Positions 47,713 to 61,797 of a stretch of 64,000 nucleotides of DNA are shown here, piece after piece. The stretch's first letter is position 1. Every line of letters starts with the position of its first letter. The position numbers were made by a program, and so were the translations under genes. Location of the stretch: assembly GCF_009914755.1 (NCBI RefSeq), contig NC_060946.1; one strand, written 5' to 3'. The notes under the pieces are model-generated. The model was not told the origin of the DNA. It saw only the letters and a program-made list of their open reading frames with translations, and did no database searches. The stretch is from the human T2T-CHM13v2.0 reference genome, Homo sapiens.

Positions 47713-50118
47713 CAGGGTCCCAATTTCTGATGTGGAAACTGAAGTAGAGTACGCATCACCAGCCAGGGTCTCCTGACTTTGATCAAAACAAACTGATTCT
47801 GGATGACTAAGCTGAAGAGAGCTAACTTACATCATTGGGAGGGATGAAGAAAGAAACTCAAGAGCTTAGGAACAATGCCTGAAACCATGCTGGGGAGCTG
47901 GCCTGTTGAGAAAGCTGCTGTGCTGCCCCTGAGTACTAGAGTTTGCTCCCTTGTTAGGAACTCAATATCTTGCTACAGCTTCGATGCCACTTCTGCATGA
48001 CAAACTCAACCTTGCATCTAGCAACCCCACAAAATGGGTGCTCCACACAGAGCCTGATTCCTTGTGTAGTTCCCTGCTGATGGGTGAAGCTGAGGTCACA
48101 TGTCTGGGTCAAAGCTGCAAAGGTACCTGGAGGAGAGATTTTTCAAATTTCTGCCTTGGGAAGTCGGGACCCACTGGGGCAGGGTGGACTACTTAGAGAT
48201 TACAAGATGTTCAAAGGGTCCTGAGCAGCCAGAACACATGGATAATAGATATGCAAATGTCTATCAGAGGGCAGAGATTCCTCTCTCCACACGCTTGCAA
48301 GGAGAGCACGAGCATGTGACCTAGACTGAACCAATCAAATGTCCCTTTTGAGGAAGCAAAACAAACATACAGGGCCATACAGAGTTTGTTCCTGGTGGAC
48401 AGAGCAGAATCAAAAATCTGTGGCAGCAGCAGTGACTCTCCAGGGATGACAGTACCTACAGTAGCACCCTAACCAGATTCTCTCTGAGAGACATGGCCTT
48501 GATCGTGGTTTTTGTGTCTTTGCTTTCTTTAATGCTACATTTGTTTTGAGCTTTAATTTCAATTCCTTCCATATATTCTGTGAGCTATACAATAACCTTC
48601 CAATAAAATAATTTTCTGTCTGATGTTTGCAACCAAGAACACTCATTGGTACATAAATTGCCACTAGTGAGTAGGTTACAGACAATGATAGACTATCAGG
48701 GGAAAGGGAGTAATCTGTAATCATTTCTAGCCTAATTGGGGTTGTGAGAATCTGGCAGACTAAGGTATATGGTGGTCTGACAGTTAATTAAATCAATGCA
48801 TCTGATCCCCTCAAAGGCATAGTGAGTGTTTGCTGTCATAGAACAATCTAAAGGATGTTATTGAAATAGTCTGAGATACTTTGTTTAAATAAGAAATCTA
48901 ACAGAGTGAAAATGTTTATTTAATTTTCTTACATCCATGCATGTAGTATAAACAGAGAAGTACTAATAAAACCCTTCTGGTTTGTCAAAGAAACTTCACA
49001 AGTACTTGTAGCCTTTATAAAAATGAGGATATCACTCTACATATTATATTCAGGCATCAAATAATTAAAATAACAGACAATTGCAGCTTTTTTTCTTTAG
49101 GTTAAAGGTAACTTTTCCAGACCACTGAAACCATCTCATGTCTGAGAGTTTTACAAGACTCCTTAGTTGGGAAAATGTACTTACACGTATGGCATCCTCA
49201 CACAAAATCATATCTGCTTTTCTGTAGCTGAAGGGAAAGAGTGAACATTTGTCTCCTTATTTTTCTTGAGTTTTCTTTCATCAGAGGTTAGAAGGTACAG
49301 CTTCAAGCTTAGTAATTAAATCACATTGTTAGCTGTGAGGGGGGTAAACAGGTTGAGAAGCTTTAAAACTTAAAATATGGAAAAGACAAAGGCAGAAAGA
49401 GAATGGTATGTGTCGTGTTTGTGTTGTGTTTTGTATCTACAAGAGCATGAGGAATTCATGGACTATAGGTGACAACATAAAGAGATGAAATGATATCCTC
49501 AAATCTCTAAAATGTTGGCTTAGAACTCAGAAACCAGGAACTCTGAATGACTGTAGTTAAATAATCTCCTATCTATTACAGCTGAAAACCAAAAGCAAAG
49601 TTTGATTCTGTTGATTGCCAATGCAATGTCTGTTGAATTCACGGCATCACCAAATGTCTTTTAACTAGGTTATTGTATAAACTAGGTTATTGCTGACAAA
49701 ATAGCAGGCCCTCAAGAGTTGGAATAGGGATATATGAGAGGATTCAGAGCACTGGACACTCCCAGCCCTCAGTAATTCTCCCACTTAGAATTAAGTGAAG
49801 CAGCTGTTCCTCCTCATGTTTGATGAGGCTCTTTTTCTCTTGCTTGAAGGTATTAAAACTCTCTTGCCTAAGGCCATTATCTTTGAAGAAGAAGCTAGTT
49901 CTATTTATGTGCTCCATGCCTGTAAATAAACTCATATGCTAGCATGCTCTGAGCTGGGAGTTCGATTAAAAACCGTAGTCTTAGTGAAAAAGGGTCAGTT
50001 GCAAGATAATTTTGATCTGGGCACATATTCTTTAGACTCAATCCAGTGTACTAGCTCAAACAACTGCAAGTCGTTCTAATTGATGGCTTGGTTGGTTGAC
50101 TAAAATGTATACACAAGT

Positions 50119-50125
50119 GCACACG

Positions 50126-50160
<35 letters not shown>
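50119..50160. repeat. (CA)n microsatellite
   Basis: Seen directly. Confidence 0.95.
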
Positions 50161-50161
<1 letters not shown>

Positions 50162-50674
50162 AGACTGGACCCCAAATGATTTTGAAGACACAAATAAATT
50201 GCATCCATCCCTTGCTCAGGTTCCGAGTATACTTATGCCTTTTACTCTGCTGCCATTCCACATCTATGACATCATGGGATTTTCCAGTAACAGAAAAGGA
50301 AACCTTTGAGTTAGGTGTGCAGTGAGTCTGCCCTGTGTACATAAGCTAAGATCTAGCACTGTGGTGGCCCTCACGGGTGGTCTTGCAGGAGAGTGAAGGA
50401 GCACCATCTCACCATAGGCAGTGTTTCAAACAGAACATTTCATAGCTCATTTTCAGTTGTAAAAAGGATAGCTGCATGGGTATTATGTTAGTGGAGAGCA
50501 ATCTCTTAAAGGCTTTTTTTTTTTTTTAAATATAGGAAGAAGGGTTATGGACCTCAGTGACCATTTATTTATCTGTTAGACTATGCAGCAACTGAATATC
50601 ATTCTTTTTTCTTTCTGGCTCAGAATTCTTTAAGGATAATGTCTCAGAATGTACAGTATATAAATTCTTTTTAA

Positions 50675-51056
50675 ATATATATTTTATTTTATTTTTCTTT
50701 AAGTTCTGGGTTACAAGTGCTGAACGTGCGGAGTTGTTACATAGGTACACATGTGCCATGGTGGTTTGCTGCACCTATCAACCCGTCATCTAGGTTTTAA
50801 GCTCTGCATGCATTAGGTATTTATCCTAATGCTCTCCCTTCCCTTTCTCCCCACCCACAAACAGGCCCCAATGTATATGTTTATTGCAGCACTATTTATA
50901 ATAGCGAAGACATGGAATCAACCCAAATGCCCATCAAAGATAGACTGGATAAAGAAAATGTGGCACATATACACCATGGAGTATTATGCAGCCATAAAAA
51001 AGAATGAGTTCATGTCCTTTGTGGGGACATGGATGAAGCTGGAAAATATCATTCTT
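50675..51056 (-). mobile_element. L1PA 3' fragment with 5' inversion
   Basis: 50675-50870 is the L1 3' UTR on the minus strand. ~50871-51056 is the upstream L1 ORF2 end on the plus strand. Confidence 0.85.
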
Positions 51057-52186
51057 ATTATGGTGAAATTCTCTTTTGGAAGGACCTTGGTGAGATACAA
51101 CTCCACCTTCAATAAGGAAGCTGAGGAAGGGCAGAAATTCCCTTTCTCTGGCAGCTAAGACATGGTGCACTCAATAGAGGCTGACCAAGTGAAAGCCACA
51201 GAGTCCCAGGGAGGCACATGCAGTGGTTCAGATGTGGTCGTGTCCTAAACAGACTAACTATGAGATACGTCCTTCCCTGTGGTCTCAGCTTCCCAGGCCC
51301 TGTTATTTCCTGCCAGTTTTCAGTATGGAGTTTACCAGCCTTTCCTTCCCAAAATGTCCTTTTCTGCTCTGCTTAACCAGAAATGGTTTCTGTTGTTTGT
51401 AACCCTAAACCCTGTGCATTAGAAGTCTCACTGTATGATGCTTGCCACATAATAGATGACCAATAAATAATGACTGTTGTTTTTCTTATTAACCTTTATG
51501 ATTTTATTAACTAATCTCCAAAGCCCTCTGTCTCATTCTATCAAGTACAATCATTGTTAGCCTGTATTAGCATGATCCTTCCATCTACTTTATCATTTCA
51601 GTTGTCTTTTTGTAGAAGCCTTCACGCTCTTATTTGTCAGTTTGTGATACTAGCAAAATTGGAGGTTTCGGGACTATTCAGAAACAGCTAGTGATCTCAC
51701 TGATATTTTGGCTACAGATTTTGGCCAGATGGTATAAGCCAATCTACCTTCAGCTATAACATTCAGAAATTCTACTTAAAAATTTAAAAATGATTTTGAT
51801 TAAGACTTTAAAGAGTAATATATATTTTACATTATATATTTTATTTTCTGTGTGAAGAGTGTGTACTTAGTTAACTCATGAAAGCTAACTCAGAAGAGTT
51901 GTGATTGATCTAAAAGTATAAAATATTATTGGTAAATGTGGGAGATAAATAATTATCACTTAAATTGTGGTAAACAAGAACCAGATATGAAAACTTTAGT
52001 GGTCATCATGGAAAATACTGTTGAGCCAAGTGCCAAATACAATAATACTTCCCCCTAAAAAAGCTTCAAAAAGCTGCAGTCTGGCCTCATCAGACATGCA
52101 GCTGCTGCACAGCACAGTTTCTCTGAGACAAATACATTCTCTCTTGGGCTTTTAAAGGGCAAAGCACAGATTTTAGATTGTGAGTC

Positions 52187-52504
52187 TTTATTTTTATTTT
52201 TTATTTTTATTTTTGGAGAGACGGAGTCTGGCTCTGTCGCCCAGGCTGGAGTGCAATGGTGAACTTCGCTCACTGCAACCTCTGCCTCATGGGTTCAAGC
52301 AATTCTCCTGCCTTAGCCTCCAGCCTCCCGAGTAGCTGGGATTACAGGCATGCACCACCGCGCCCAGCTAATTTTTGTATTTTTAGTAGAGACAGGGTTT
52401 CGCCATGTTGGCCAGGCTGGTTTTGAACTCCTGACCTCTGGTGATCCACCCACCTCTGCCTCCTAAAGTGCTGGGATTACAGGCGTGAGCCACCGTGCCT
52501 GGCC
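52187..52504 (-). mobile_element. AluS
   Basis: Antisense Alu with TSD TGAGTCTTT. Confidence 0.95.
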
Positions 52505-52930
52505 ATGAGTCTTTATTTCTTAATCTCCCTTCTAGCCCTTCCTACATCTCAGGAACGCCTTAACTATTTATCTGGGCTCCTTTTTCATTAACCTCTTCCT
52601 ACTGTATTTCCCAAGGAATCAATTAGGAAAAAGAAAAGCAGGGCTTTTATTGTTGTGGTTGTTTCATTTGTTTGGGGTTTATTTTTATGAAGGTTTTAAA
52701 CATTTTACTGTCCAGCCTCACTAAATTTGTAGTGTAACAGACGCTTCCAGCCAGTAGGTCACAGGAGGAGTTTGGAGCTTCCATTGTCCACAGAAAGTTT
52801 TTGATTAGTTGCCATAAATGTATATCCAGCAGGAAATAGCCCAAGGCAGTGTTTCCAAAACTGTTCCTTTATCAATCTTAGCACAGAAAACCAGGCCTTT
52901 GTTAAATATTTTTTAATAAAACACTGTTAG

Positions 52931-53322
<392 letters not shown>

Positions 53323-53399
53323 CTACTCTTTAAAGCAAAGCAACCTGTCTGCCTACTGCTTACATGCTGGCCAGGCAGTAATTCTGCAATACACACTGT

Positions 53400-54250
<851 letters not shown>

Positions 54251-54671
54251 TGTATCTCAAGAGTCATTCACCTAGGTACTCCAATCCCCCAATAATTGTA
54301 ATGATCAATTTTATGGTTTTCAAACCCTACTATGTATAAAAGTGTTTATTTTTGGTAGTTCTCTGTGGTCACCTGCCTCATGCTCAAGAATTACCAGCTG
54401 ATAAAATGGAACACCCATCATCAAAGTCCTAACTGGAGATGCAGAGGAATTAAGTCCTAGAAATAAAAACAACAACAAACACTTATATATGTTTACTATG
54501 TTCCAGGTACTATTATTCTAGGTGCTTTGTATCATGTGTTTTGAGAAGTTTTCCCTGTTAAGAGATAAACAGAGAAGTAGCTTGAGGGTCAGGGAAGGTT
54601 TTTAGCAATAGTACTCATAGGATTTTCCTGGCACCAGCCCAACACCCACAAAATTTAAGAGTATGTCTGTC

Positions 54672-54976
54672 AGCCAGGCGTGGTGGCTCACTCCTGTAAT
54701 CCCAGCACTTTGGGAGGCCGAGGCAGGCAGATCACCTGAGGTCAGGAGTTCGAGACCAGCTTGGCCAAAATGACAAAACCCTGTCTCTACTAAAAATACA
54801 AAAAAATTAGCCAGGCGTGGTAGCATGCACCTGTAGTCCCAGCTGCTCGGGAGGCTGAGGCAAGAGGATCACTTGAACCGGGAGGTGGAAGTTGCAGTGA
54901 GCCGAGATCATGCCATTGTGCTCCAGCCTGGGTGACAAGAGCCAGACTCAGTCTTAAAAAAAAAAAAAAAAAAAAA
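54672..54976 (+). mobile_element. AluS
   Basis: Full Alu with TSD AGAGTATGTC. Confidence 0.95.
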
Positions 54977-57394
54977 AGAGAGTATGTCAGTCTTCAGCCC
55001 TTGGATCATCTACTCCAAGCAAAACTGTGTTCTAAAAGCCAAGCCCTTAGTCCAAACTCATGTTATAGTTGCCAAAAGACACAAAAGAGAATCAGTGGTG
55101 TCTGATGGCTGAAGCGTAGGCATAGAAGAGAAAAATCTTCCTTGGTTAAGCCTTATTAAAATGACAATCATTCTGCACCAGTGGAATAGAATCCAAATCA
55201 TTCTGAATTTAAAGTTCATTGAGAGAAATTGCCCATCAAGTGCTTAATTTTGGCACTATCCATTTACTATATCTGGGGAGGGGACTTGATCTATGTACCT
55301 ATTTACCACTTAGGCAGCAAATCAGGTCTCTGCTGTAAGAGTGGGCAGTTCACATATGTTTGCCTTCTTGAGAAGTTTAGAAACACTTGTTGGTCCTTGC
55401 TATCTCTAGTTCTCCTGCCAGTTACTCTTCCACCCACTCCAGTAAAGTTTCTGGTGTTGTTACTTCCAGGAAAATGACTCTCGCTAAGGTTGCCACTGAC
55501 CTCCACCTGTCTAGACTCAGTTCTTATTTTTGACTTCTTCAGTAGGAAGGGTGTTTTCGTTACTTAAGTATACTTGCTTCCCAGCCTAGCGTCTGACATA
55601 TACTAGGTACTCAATAAATATTTAAGAATGAATGAATGAGAGCATGCTCTAGGTCACACGATGTGTTGGGGGCAGAATCCAGTCTATAATTTCAGAGTCC
55701 AGAATTCTTGCTATTAAAGCATAGTTTGACAGAGCTTTATACAGTAAGGCTGAGGTGTATAATTTTTACATTTTTGAAATAATGGAACCAAAAGAATGGT
55801 TTTGCTTCCTTGCTTTGATCAACAACGAAATCCGGCAGTACATTAAGTCTAGGAGTCACCTCCCCTTTTCAAATGTTTTCCTCAACAAATTTCACTGCCC
55901 AGCAAGCAGGTGCATGATGGAACATTTTCAGAAAATTCATCACACAGACTTCAGTTTTGTTTTAGTTTCCATGCCCTCCCTCAGCTCTCCCAGTAATGCT
56001 CTGAAAGAACAATTAAGCCCTGCATTTTTGACGAGGGGGGCAGGAAAAAAATCTGCTTTTAAAAGCTCTGTTATCTATCATGTAAACTGCCAGCGAATTA
56101 TTACAGTGTACCAAATAGCCAAAAGTGGTGAGTATTCTTTGTAGAGATAGTGTCAACATCCAAGAGCTGGGCCAAGAGAAACCAGCTGGGAAATCCTGCT
56201 GCTTAAACCAAAGACAAGCTATGAAGTCCACATAACTTCCCAATTTACCACTTACGCAGCAAATCGAGATTTTAGTTTTGGGTTTTTTTTTTTTTTTTTT
56301 GGCATAAAACCTTATGAATTCCAGATAGAAGTAAAGGCAGTTGATTTCATAGCTTCTTTTGAAAGGAATGGCCTCATGTCATTGCCAGTCTTTATGGGAA
56401 AGACAAGTGTTAGCTTATTCTAGAGAATAACTGTGCTTGGCTAATAATCCTCTCTCTCTCTCTGTCTCTCTCTCTTTAAATGGAGACCCTATGGAAGTGG
56501 CATTTACTCATTGCATCTAGACGCAGAGTAGCTGGAGAGGGTTTCTGAATGTCAGTCAAAGTCATTGCTTGGAAAGAAGGTCTGAATATTAGGCCTTCAA
56601 GATGGACCAAGGCTGTTAGCTAGAAAATGGATAATGGGATTGGAAGTCTGAGGAATTGGGACCAGGTGAGAATGTAATTTGCTGAGTGGTCCTGGGAAAG
56701 AGGGTCAGACCAGGTGACACTGGGTATTTGAAGTCCAGGTTTATGAATCAGAGAGACAGGCTCTTGCAGGGCTGAACACCAATGGCCTTTTGCACCTAGA
56801 AATGTTCTTCTTCACATCTTAGGACATTGATAAGGTGCTTTCATGCAGCCAACACAGCCTTGTCTGCTAACCTTTGTAGGTTTCCCTTCACCACAAAACT
56901 AACAGCAGAAGACAATTTGGTGCCTGCTTCGTTATCACCAGTTATGTGTCTTGGTTGCGTTTAGAATAAAACAAAAATTTGTCTGATATGTGCAACACCT
57001 TGCTTTGGGGGGCTATTTTCTCTCTGAAGGGCAAATATACCCTCAAACACATTTCTGCCAATTCTTCCAATCTCCTGTATTCTATAAACACTATGCTAGC
57101 TAGTTGTTAGCCAAACATGGATATCGCAAAGGTTGAAATTTAGGGTAACAAAGTAGGACATTTCAAAATCAGGCATCTACCGAATTAATAACCTATTTTT
57201 AGTGATGAATTTTTATGGTGACCTCTCTAAGCTCATGTTATATTTTTTATTTTAAAGCAGAGGCTTTGGGGAAAGTGGAACGTTCACATTTAGTACAGCC
57301 CATGGCCTTGAACTTCCCAATAAACAGGGAGAACACAGGACTCTCCATGACGATAAACCAAGAATTTAGGAGGAACTTAAGATTGTTACGTGGG

Positions 57395-57696
57395 GGCTGG
57401 GTGTGGTGGCTCACACCTGTAATCCCAGCATTTTGGGATGCTGAGGCGGGCAGATCATGAGATCAGGAGTTCGAGACCATCCTGACCAACATGGTGAAAC
57501 ACCGTCTCTATTAAAAATTCAAAAATTAGCCAGGTATGGTGGCGCACGCCTATAGTCCCAGCTACTCGGGAGGCTGACAGGCAGGGGAGTTGCTTAAACC
57601 CAGGAGGTGGAGGTTGCAGTGAGCAGTGAGCCGAGATCGTGCCACTGCGCTCCAGCCTGGGCAACAGAACAAGACTTCGTCTCAAAAAAACAAAAA
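57395..57696 (+). mobile_element. AluS
   Basis: Full Alu with TSD ~AAGATTG(T/C)TA(C/T)GTGGG. Confidence 0.95.
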
Positions 57697-58058
57697 GATT
57701 GCTATGTGGGGCCATTGCTAGATGTGTCTGGTTACTTAGTAAAACCAGGGAAGGTGAGAGAGAGAGAAGAGAGGGCTAAAATCATCCCATTTGTGGGGAA
57801 TGGAACCTCTCACAGTAGCAAAGGAAGGATACATTCTAATATCCAATTATTCCAGTCTCCAGTGACCACCCCAGTGTTCAGGTTTCCCAACAAATGGGTG
57901 GAGAACATCTTCTGGAATTTCATACACAGAGACGTCTAGATATACAAGTAGGTTACTGCTTCCACAAAGGTCCATCGGCAGGTAGTCAGCTCCAGGCACA
58001 AGCTGGTGCTCAAGAGTAGAGCTTTGATTCCTTAAGGTCAGGGATTGTGTTACATTAA

Positions 58059-58403
<345 letters not shown>

Positions 58404-58849
58404 CCCCAGGGAATGTTAATAAGTGACCCAATGAATGAATGGCAGGAAATGATGCAGAGCAGGCCATGCCCCCATCATGGGTCTGGAAGGAGACACCAGG
58501 CTGATTATTGTAACAGAAGCCAGTTACAAGGGACAAAGGGTGGCCTTAGGGGACAAAGAGTGTCATTAGCTTCTCTATATTGGGTCACTCAGAGGGGACT
58601 AAAGCTCCTGAATAGGGCTGGAGCCCAGCTTTCCAACTGGGGCAACCCATCAGATTCAGATAAGCAGAGAAAGGGCTTGATACCTAGTCCCAGACTAGCG
58701 CTCCAGAGTGCTCCTGCGAACTGGGCTATAGGTGAGTATCAAGAGGCTGCAACTACAGGGAAAAGGACAGGGTCCCTAAGACTAGAGAAACCTCACCTGG
58801 GAGGAGGAGGAAGCATTGGGTTGGTGCTGGGATTTTTCTGTCTCATATC

Positions 58850-59326
58850 TTTTTTTTTTTTTTTTTTTTTTTTGCAGTTGCAAGATTTAATAGAGTGAAA
58901 TAGAGTGAAAACAGAGCTCCCAAACAAGGAGGGGACCCAAAGGGGGTTGCCGTTGCTGACTCGAATGCCTGGGTTTATATCTCGATCCTTGTCCCTCCTG
59001 CTGTGCTCTCAGGCAATAGATGATTGGCTATTTCTTTACCTCCTGTTTTTGCCTAATTAGCATTTTAGTGAGCTCTCTGATTGGTTAGGTGTGAGCTAAG
59101 TTGCAAGCCCCGTGTTTAAAGGCGGATGCGGTCACCTTTCCAGCTAGACTTAGGGATTCTTAGTTGACCTAGGAAATCCAGCTACTCCTGTCTCTCAGTC
59201 CCTGCTCTCAATAGGAAAACCCAAGTGCTGTTGGGGAGGGTGGCCGACGACTGCTCTTAACTGCTTCCTGCTGAATTGGGGCATAGTAGGGGTTGTGCGG
59301 TTAAGGCACCCCTCCCAAGGAAATCT
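58850..59326 (-). pseudogene. 5'-truncated HERV-W (HERV17/LTR17) processed pseudogene: env 3' end + PPT + U3-R + polyA, with a small 5' inversion
   Basis: Minus strand encodes TAQPLLCPNSAGSS* (syncytin-1 ends AAQPLLRPNSAGSS*). LTR starts TGAGAGACAGG at 59197, ATTAAA at 58891-58886, ...CTTGCAACTGC then polyA at ~58850-58873. No U5. Confidence 0.9.
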
Positions 59327-59829
59327 TTTTTTTTTTTTTTAATCCCCTCTGTTTCTCCTTCTTCAGTCAAAAATTCCAATGGCTAAGGCTGCTCTTAGCT
59401 AGATTTTAAATCTGTTTAAATCTGTCCAAAGACCCACAGGCTTAAGTCCTCCAGGGGCTGTATACCAGGCTGATATTCAGATATACACCAAAACAGGCAT
59501 ACTGATGGTTAAAATACTGAAACATTCTGTGCTGGTGGGTAAACAGCTGTGATGCTGAGACCCCTGAGTGCTACTGCTCCTATTCTGACCACCCAGCTTC
59601 TCCCCTGGAGAATTGGACCTTTCCATTATCCAGCAACTAAAGGGGTAATTTCTGGCACAGGAGGTGCTGAACCTATTCTGGGGGGTAGAAGAGGCTCTGC
59701 CATGCAGATCATTAAAGGTTTTGAGTATCAATCACACTTGGATTCATCCCCAAGGCTAAATGAACCACAGGATCACCAGTGGATGGGGGGTGTCTGAGAG
59801 ATATCTTTAAGTAAGTAGTCTTATGGGGG

Positions 59830-60521
59830 TGATATGGTTTGGATTTGTATTCCTGCCCAAGTCTCATGTCGAATTATAATCCCCAATGTTGGAAGAGGGG
59901 AATGGTGGGAGGTGACTGGACATGGGGGTGGACTTCCCCCTTGCTATTCTCGTGATAGTGAGTTCTCATGAGATCTGGTTGTTTAGAAGTCTGTAGCACC
60001 TCCCCTTTCTCTCTCTCCTGCTCCCACCATGTAAGATGTACCTTCTTCCCCTTTGCATTCTGCCAAGATTGAAAGTTTCTTCTTCTTTTTTTTTTTTTTT
60101 TTTTGGAGACAGAGTCTTGCTCTGTCGCCAGGCTGGAGTGCAGTGGCATGGTCTTGGCTCACTGCAACCTCCGAATCGGGTGTTCGAATGATTCTCCTGC
60201 CTCAGACTCCAGAGTAGCTGGGACTACAGGGGTATGCCACCACGCCCAGCTAATTTTTGTATTTTTAGTAGAGATGGAGTTTCACCATGTTGGGGTCAGG
60301 ATGGTCTCGAACTCTTGACCTTGTGATCCACTCACCTGGGCCTCCCAAAGTGCTGGGATTACAGGTGTGAGCCACTTCGCCTGGTGGAAAGTTGATTGAA
60401 TCCTCCCCAGCCATGCTACCTGTACAGCCTGCAGAACCATGAGCCAATTAAACCTCTTTTTAAAATACATTATCCAATTTCCGGTATTTCTTTATAGCAA
60501 CTTAGGAAAAGACTAATTTAT
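59830..60521 (+). mobile_element. MSTA-like MaLR LTR interrupted by an Alu
   Basis: Starts TGATATGGTTTGGAT. Ends CCTGCAGAACCATGAGCCAATTAAACCTC...TTTATAGCA. Confidence 0.8.
60076..60383 (-). mobile_element. AluS
   Basis: Antisense Alu inside the MSTA LTR. Confidence 0.93.
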
Positions 60522-60580
60522 AGGGGTGTTTGGTAAATAGAGGCCAGCTAATTTTTACTCTCCTTAACACTGAATCCAGG

Positions 60581-61032
60581 TGTATTAGTCAGGGTTCTCT
60601 AGGGGGACAGAATTAATAGGATAGATGTGTAGGTAAAGTGGAGTTTATTAAGGAGTATTGACTCACATGATCACAAGTTGAGGTCCCACAATAAGCTATC
60701 TGCAAGCTGAGGAGCAAGGAAGCCAGTCCGAGTCCCAAAGCTGAAGAGCTTGGAGTCTGATGTTGGAGGGCAGGAAGCATCCAGCACAGGAGAAAGATGA
60801 AATCTGGAAGACTAAACCAGTCTAGTCTTTCCACATTCTTCTGCCTGCTTTTATTCTAGCCGTGTTGGCAGCTGATTAGATTATGCCCACCCAGATTGAA
60901 AGTGGGTCTGCCTTTTCCAGCCCACTGACTGAAATGTTAATCTCCTTTGGCAACCCCCTCACAGACACACCCAGGATCAATACTTTGCATTCTTCAATCC
61001 AGTCAAGTTGACATTCAGTATTAACCATCGCA
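60581..61032 (-). mobile_element. MLT2A (HERV-L) solo LTR, MLT2A2-like
   Basis: Minus strand TGCGATGGTTAATACTGAATGTCAAC...AGAACCCTGACTAATACA, with 5-bp TSD CCAGG on both sides. Confidence 0.9.
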
Positions 61033-61097
61033 CCAGGCCAGTCCAACAAAGAGCAAATCCATGGACTCAGCCTTGTCCAAACAGCTTCATGTACTGA

Positions 61098-61797
<700 letters not shown>

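Noticed and set aside
50829-51158. 109-aa ORF containing MFIAALFIIAKTWNQPKCPS
   Set aside because: This is the L1 ORF2 C-terminus within the inverted L1 fragment, not a gene.
59257-59326. Functional syncytin-like env gene
   Set aside because: Only the last ~14 codons remain in sense, with no start codon or upstream env.
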